This document shows positions 59,601-64,000 of a stretch of 64,000 bases of DNA, piece by piece. The position numbers and the translations under genes were made by a program. The stretch comes from a virus (Duplodnaviria; Caudoviricetes), in the IMG/VR virus record IMGVR_UViG_3300044833_000060, positions 918-64,917 of that record; one strand, given 5' to 3'. The notes under the pieces are model-generated. The model did not search any database. It saw only the letters and a list, made by a program, of their open reading frames with translations, and was not told where the DNA came from. Position 1 is the first letter of the stretch. The number at the start of each line of letters is the position of its first letter.

Positions 59601-59909
59601 TCATGATTGTTCTCCCATCACTTTGCGGATGGCGGATTCCGCAGAATCAATCAGGCCACCCGCAACCATGATCCATGTCTGCCCCGGCTCATTGCCGTTG
59701 TGGGCGGAAGTCACAAGCGCCTCTAACGCTTCTAGTAGTTCTGGCGCGGCGGCGATTAACCGAGCATTGGCGGCATTCTCTGGAGTGCGTGTGGCCTTAT
59801 TGTTGGCCGTGTCGCAGATATACACTCCAAAACCTTCTCTCGGCTTCGACATGACGCGATATCCCCACGACACTACTTCCCACGGCCCCGGAGTATGCTT
59901 TGTTGTCAT
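59601..59909 (-). CDS. Conserved phage protein (HTPGPW / ANARLIAAAPELLEAL family)
   Basis: KHTPGPW...ANARLIAAAPELLEALE. Confidence 0.8.
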   Translation of the reverse strand: MTTKHTPGPWEVVSWGYRVMSKPREGFGVYICDTANNKATRTPENAANARLIAAAPELLEALEALVTSAHNGNEPGQTWIMVAGGLIDSAESAIRKVMGEQS

Positions 59910-59967
59910 GGCTGTCCCTTCTTCAACTCAGACTCAACCTGTTCCAGCGTATCGCTTCCCTTATCGG

Positions 59968-60447
59968 TCATCGCGGTCCCTTTTCTGGTGCTGGTCTCCA
60001 AATAAAATCACCTTTGTTCTCGCTGACGATTGGCTCCGTTGCCTTGCAAGCGCACTCCTCGCCGATTAGCGGCTCTGCGACGGTCCGCCAGAAGTTGCGC
60101 ACCATGCCGTAAGGGACGTGGTTATCTTCCTCTGCTCCGAATAGGCCGAATTGTTCGAGCACCCACTTGGCTTCGTTCGAGTCGCAGCGCCGAGGCCCCA
60201 TGGACATAGTTTGCTTCGAGATGCTCAGGTGATATTCCGGCCCCTTGTTTTCGTCGGCCATTACCTCAACGGCGCTGAGCACGGCAAGGCTCGATTCATT
60301 ATGGAAGAACGCGCGGATCGGATAGCCCATTGAAGGAGTGCGGCTCGTAGGGATTTCGCGCCAACCTGCGCGGTTAGGAATCAGCACCTTCACGATGCTC
60401 AAAGTGCCATCCGAAAACGTATCCGGCGTTCCCTTATCGTTGGGCAT
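59968..60447 (-). CDS. Conserved hypothetical phage protein
   Basis: EYHLSISK....RRC......AEEDNHVP..VRNFWR. Confidence 0.6.
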   Translation of the reverse strand: MPNDKGTPDTFSDGTLSIVKVLIPNRAGWREIPTSRTPSMGYPIRAFFHNESSLAVLSAVEVMADENKGPEYHLSISKQTMSMGPRRCDSNEAKWVLEQFGLFGAEEDNHVPYGMVRNFWRTVAEPLIGEECACKATEPIVSENKGDFIWRPAPEKGPR

Positions 60448-60883
60448 TGGTTAGCTCCCCTACCACACAACCTAGATGATCCTTTGCGTATTGCTTTGAA
60501 ACGGTCTGCTTGCGAGTTTTGGAGAATGTTGCGGGTCCGCCGTGACATCTTCCGCACAAAATGGCGCTTGGCTCTGGCATTGCACAAGTGTGGGCGCGTC
60601 CCGGTTCTATGAATTTTGATTGATTGCAGGCCGTTCGCGCGATCATGCGAGGCTTATCCAAGCGGACGAGGCGCTCTCCTCCATCCACAGGCGCCCACCA
60701 ATGAAGTTCCACGCTCGCAATCTTGTGCATCAAGAGACCCATCTTGTTCGCCGAGTAAACATGCGTTGGAAATCCCTTCGCCTCCGTGATTCCGAACCTC
60801 TTCCAACCGGGAAAGTCTGGCCGACCATCTGTATAAATCGACTCATCGCACGGCCTTCCTGCTTTGCTGGGTTCACTCGGCAT
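60434..60883 (-). CDS. Hypothetical protein
   Basis: AAGGAG RBS; CGRC. Confidence 0.55.
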   Translation of the reverse strand: MPSEPSKAGRPCDESIYTDGRPDFPGWKRFGITEAKGFPTHVYSANKMGLLMHKIASVELHWWAPVDGGERLVRLDKPRMIARTACNQSKFIEPGRAHTCAMPEPSAILCGRCHGGPATFSKTRKQTVSKQYAKDHLGCVVGELTNAQR

Positions 60884-60993
60884 CTAATAAACTCCTTTTC
60901 ATCTACGTGTCCCCTCTTCTTGGTAAGGGGCTTCCGGGTAACCTACCCACCGTCATGCTTGCTCGTGGCTAGATTCACCGACTGCCAACAGTT

Positions 60994-61413
60994 TCAACTT
61001 CTTATAGCCAGTTGTTTTGAAATCGTTCGCGCGTAAGTCACGCCAGCGCCAAGGTTCGTATATTGCACCGTACTGAATCGCTTGAGCCACGGACTCATCG
61101 GGTGCGGAGCCACGACGATTACGGATTTGTGCAACATCTCGAATGCGTGGTAGATTTCCATGCTGGTCCCGCAACTCGGCTTTGGACAGTTTGCGAAGAT
61201 TACGTCGGACGCATAGATGTCCTGCATGTCATTGCCAACGATTTCTTCCGCCACTCCAGGTTCCAGTTCGCGGCCTCGGTAGTCGTGGCGCATTGGATCG
61301 AGGAATTCGTATATGTCGGACAATCGTTCGCGCACTTCCGCCCGCCAATCATTTGCTTCGGAATCACTGCAAGCGTTGATCGGTCCCGCTAAATAGATCG
61401 TCGGTTTCGCCAA
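60994..61413 (-). CDS. Nucleoside 2-deoxyribosyltransferase-like protein
   Basis: IYLAGPI....WR.......LDPMR...D.QDI..SDV......PS.GTSMEI..A. Confidence 0.8.
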   Translation of the reverse strand: MAKPTIYLAGPINACSDSEANDWRAEVRERLSDIYEFLDPMRHDYRGRELEPGVAEEIVGNDMQDIYASDVIFANCPKPSCGTSMEIYHAFEMLHKSVIVVAPHPMSPWLKRFSTVQYTNLGAGVTYARTISKQLAIRS

Positions 61414-62146
61414 AAAATTCCTCCTGTATCGGCCCGCCTATCCAAGACGGGGATGAATTGTGAGACTCGATGCGATGAGTCAAGATGGCTGCTCTCATCG
61501 CCTTATTCTGCGGTTTGTAGGTTCCTGTCCAGCGGTTGTCTAGTCCAACGTTTCGCGCTACATTGGTGCTGTCGGCGCTCGACAGTGGCAGATGCCGATA
61601 GACTTCGACGTTCAGCATTCGCAGCCCATGAAGCCTAGCCATCGGCCTACCCTGAATCGTGCAAGCCTCCATCGCTCGCGCCATTCGCTGCCACCATGAA
61701 TCGTTGCCCACCGTGGCCCATGCTCCACTGCTGCCAAGAGCTACTCGCGGCCATTCTGTGCAAAGTCTGGTTAGCCGCTCAAGCGATTCGTGGAGATGCC
61801 ATACCGGAACTCCCGCAACGTCGCCAAACGGCCATTCCTTCAACATCGCGTCATTGACAGATTCATCTCCGTCGATCACGTCTGGGATCACGGCCCAATC
61901 GAAGCCGGGATGACAAAGCCACTCGTCAACAAAGGCGTAATAATCGGCCCATTTCGCTTCCGTCTTAGCCTTCCACATCGAAAACGCGCCATTGTCCAGC
62001 ATGAATGATTGACAGACTTCCGCAGCGATTGGAAGTTGATCTGGAGCGGCAAACGAGATGCACGCATGGCGACCCTGCCAGCAGGCTAAGGCTGCTTCTT
62101 GTGGCGTAATCGGCCCTCCGTGGTAGTGGATCAAATCTCTCACCAT
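61364..62146 (-). CDS. TGT/transglycosylase-like TIM-barrel phage protein
   Basis: HYHG.PITP...FMLDNGAFS.W...VIPDVIDG...VPVWH...RVALGSSG...LHGLRM...SADSTN; GAGGAG RBS at ATG 62146. Confidence 0.6.
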   Translation of the reverse strand: MVRDLIHYHGGPITPQEAALACWQGRHACISFAAPDQLPIAAEVCQSFMLDNGAFSMWKAKTEAKWADYYAFVDEWLCHPGFDWAVIPDVIDGDESVNDAMLKEWPFGDVAGVPVWHLHESLERLTRLCTEWPRVALGSSGAWATVGNDSWWQRMARAMEACTIQGRPMARLHGLRMLNVEVYRHLPLSSADSTNVARNVGLDNRWTGTYKPQNKAMRAAILTHRIESHNSSPSWIGGPIQEEFFGETDDLFSGTDQRLQ

Positions 62147-62214
62147 CTCCTCAAAACGCCAGTAACAACCCACACTAAAAGGGCTATTCCGATGCCTATA
62201 GCTAAACACCACAT

Positions 62215-62445
62215 CTCACCATCTCCTCTCAGTTTGTAGGCAGGTACCTATCCCACTGAACTATTTATTTCCACTGCTTAGTAGACTCGTAAGACTCAAA
62301 GCGCTTGCTCCTGGTCAGTCTCAGCGATTCATCTACGAAGCACGTCTCCGAACTTTGACCCGAAGTTTTGTGCTGCCTCATCCCGCGAAGCAGCACACTC
62401 AGGTTTTATGGCACGGTGCAAGCTGAAGCCGTGCTGTCGGGTGCT
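62215..62445. repeat. 231-bp direct repeat, copy 1
   Basis: Identical by eye to 63770-64000. Confidence 0.95.
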
Positions 62446-62521
62446 CGCACCGCTTTCCTGCTTTGCTGGGTTCACTCGGTTTCTCATTTGCCATTCAATA
62501 AACTCCTCATCGTCTACGAAA

Positions 62522-62878
62522 CTACTTCTCTATAAGGGGCTGCCGAGTCAGGTCAGACTTGCTTCGAGTTCGTCGCCGTGCCGTTTTCGGGTGATCCGCA
62601 AATGCCTCCACAAATCGCCAAGAGAGCTTGCTGCAAAATTGCCCGATACCTGAGTGAATGTTCATAACGACGATCCCTTGCGGCATGATCGCCATGTACC
62701 AGTCACAGCCGGAACTCCATGCGGCGGAACACTTTGCGCGATGGAAAGCCTCGCCTATCACAGAAATTCCGACTTCTTCTATGTCTTGGTCGTTGATCGG
62801 AATGTCGCTCAATTGATGCTCCGCCCCAAAGACTGGAAAGCTACCGTTGCCATCAGCGATGAAAAATTCCACTTTCAA
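62522..62878 (-). CDS. Hypothetical protein
   Basis: AAGGAG RBS; lies between the repeat copies. Confidence 0.5.
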   Translation of the reverse strand: MKVEFFIADGNGSFPVFGAEHQLSDIPINDQDIEEVGISVIGEAFHRAKCSAAWSSGCDWYMAIMPQGIVVMNIHSGIGQFCSKLSWRFVEAFADHPKTARRRTRSKSDLTRQPLIEK

Positions 62879-62910
62879 CTCCTTTGTGCTTCGGGGTAAC
62901 CTACCCTCCG

Positions 62911-63777
62911 TCAGGCTTGCTGTTGGTTAGCTTCACCGAAAGCCATCACTCCCTGGGTTCGTAGTTCTTGATTCATCCACAACACTTCCGTCCTGTCGAG
63001 CGCTCCGTCCGCGAGTGCTGCTCTTTCGACGCGATGCCAGTCCGGGAATAACTGTTCGTCGTAGAGCTGGCACGCATAGCCGGAAATAATTACCACGCCT
63101 TTCAGTTCGCGTAGCACTTCTGCCATCTCGCAATGTTGCTCATCCGTCATCTCGAAGTTGTATCCATGATGGCCGTGAACTTTCGAGCTGCGCGTGTCGT
63201 GAACGTAGGGCGGATCGCAATAGTGCAGCGTCCCATGCCCGTCGTGTCGCAAACACACCTCCATTGCATCGCGATTTTCGATCACCACTGCGCGTAGCCG
63301 CTGAATGATGGCTTGCAGGGCATCAGGGAAGTTTGCCCAATCGTGGGCTGGCCTTGTCCCGCTTCGGTTCGAGTTCGATCGAAACCCGCTCTGGATGTTG
63401 CGGCATAAGGCATTGGAACCGAACCCCATGAAAGACCTGATCGCGGTTCGGCGTGCCTGCTCTAAGGGGTCGTCGCATACCTCGAAACTTTCGCGGTATT
63501 CAGTCCGCGCAAATGGTGTCGTCTCTAAGGCCTTCGTGAGTTCCGGCCCTCGTTCGCGCACCACTCGAAACAGGTTCACTAACTCCCCGTCAAGATCGTT
63601 GTAGATTTCCGCATAACTGCGCTCCTTCTGCATCAATACACTCCCCGCGCCGCCATACGGTTCAACATAGACACGATGGGCAGGGAAATGGCCGATAATC
63701 CACGGTGCAAGCTTCCACTTTCCTCCGTGATATCGAAGAATCGGCCGTTCCGGTGTTGAATTCAAAATGCTCACCAT
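62911..63777 (-). CDS. dam: DNA adenine methyltransferase (D12/Dam class)
   Basis: LRYHGGKWKLA...YVEPYGGAGSV...EIYNDLD...IENRDA...LHYCDPPY. Confidence 0.93.
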   Translation of the reverse strand: MVSILNSTPERPILRYHGGKWKLAPWIIGHFPAHRVYVEPYGGAGSVLMQKERSYAEIYNDLDGELVNLFRVVRERGPELTKALETTPFARTEYRESFEVCDDPLEQARRTAIRSFMGFGSNALCRNIQSGFRSNSNRSGTRPAHDWANFPDALQAIIQRLRAVVIENRDAMEVCLRHDGHGTLHYCDPPYVHDTRSSKVHGHHGYNFEMTDEQHCEMAEVLRELKGVVIISGYACQLYDEQLFPDWHRVERAALADGALDRTEVLWMNQELRTQGVMAFGEANQQQA

Positions 63778-64000
63778 CTCCTCTCAGTTTGTAGGCAGGT
63801 ACCTATCCCACTGAACTATTTATTTCCACTGCTTAGTAGACTCGTAAGACTCAAAGCGCTTGCTCCTGGTCAGTCTCAGCGATTCATCTACGAAGCACGT
63901 CTCCGAACTTTGACCCGAAGTTTTGTGCTGCCTCATCCCGCGAAGCAGCACACTCAGGTTTTATGGCACGGTGCAAGCTGAAGCCGTGCTGTCGGGTGCT
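63770..64000. repeat. 231-bp direct repeat, copy 2 (may continue past the window edge)
   Basis: Identical by eye to 62215-62445. Confidence 0.95.

Noticed and set aside
62215-64000. Genome terminal repeat, att site or DGR template/variable repeat
   Set aside because: The copies are only 1.5 kb apart and do not match the window start; they are identical, with no adenine-specific mismatches; no reverse transcriptase or integrase is seen.
1-64000. tRNA/rRNA genes, integrase, tape measure protein, stop-codon recoding
   Set aside because: None recognised by eye; long genes are intact and tightly coupled in the standard code using all three stop codons.

Overview
The window is most of a ~55% GC tailed dsDNA (pro)phage genome with podovirus/P22-like architecture; no tape measure, sheath, integrase or replicative helicase is visible, and the genome probably runs past both edges. 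From 1 to 12.7 kb (minus strand) are early and accessory genes: HNH nucleases, DUF1064, a Fis-like HTH, a YqaJ exonuclease with an ERF recombinase, a LexA DNA-binding-domain-only protein and a (CSx)29 repeat protein. From 12.8 to 55.6 kb (plus strand) are a lysis-like cluster (permuted papain amidase, holin-like and Tlde1/DUF2778 genes), TerS, a large terminase split into separate ATPase and nuclease genes with five genes between them, portal, scaffold, major capsid, a GT2/GT-B/epimerase block, adaptor/nozzle and ejection proteins. The last ~14 kb of this operon holds eight Cys/Thr/Gly-rich glycanase, lectin, Ig and fibre-like genes that all begin with Sec-type signal peptides, seven with Gln at +1, interrupted by an antisense OafA acyltransferase. 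From 55.6 to 64 kb (minus strand) is a mosaic accessory region with shared gene-boundary micro-repeats, a 231-bp exact direct repeat and an NDT-like/TGT-like/Dam nucleotide-modification cluster. The best candidates for novel biology are the exported tail-region module and the split terminase. An Acidobacteriota-like diderm host is a weak inference. All family assignments come from motif recognition by eye; no database search was run.
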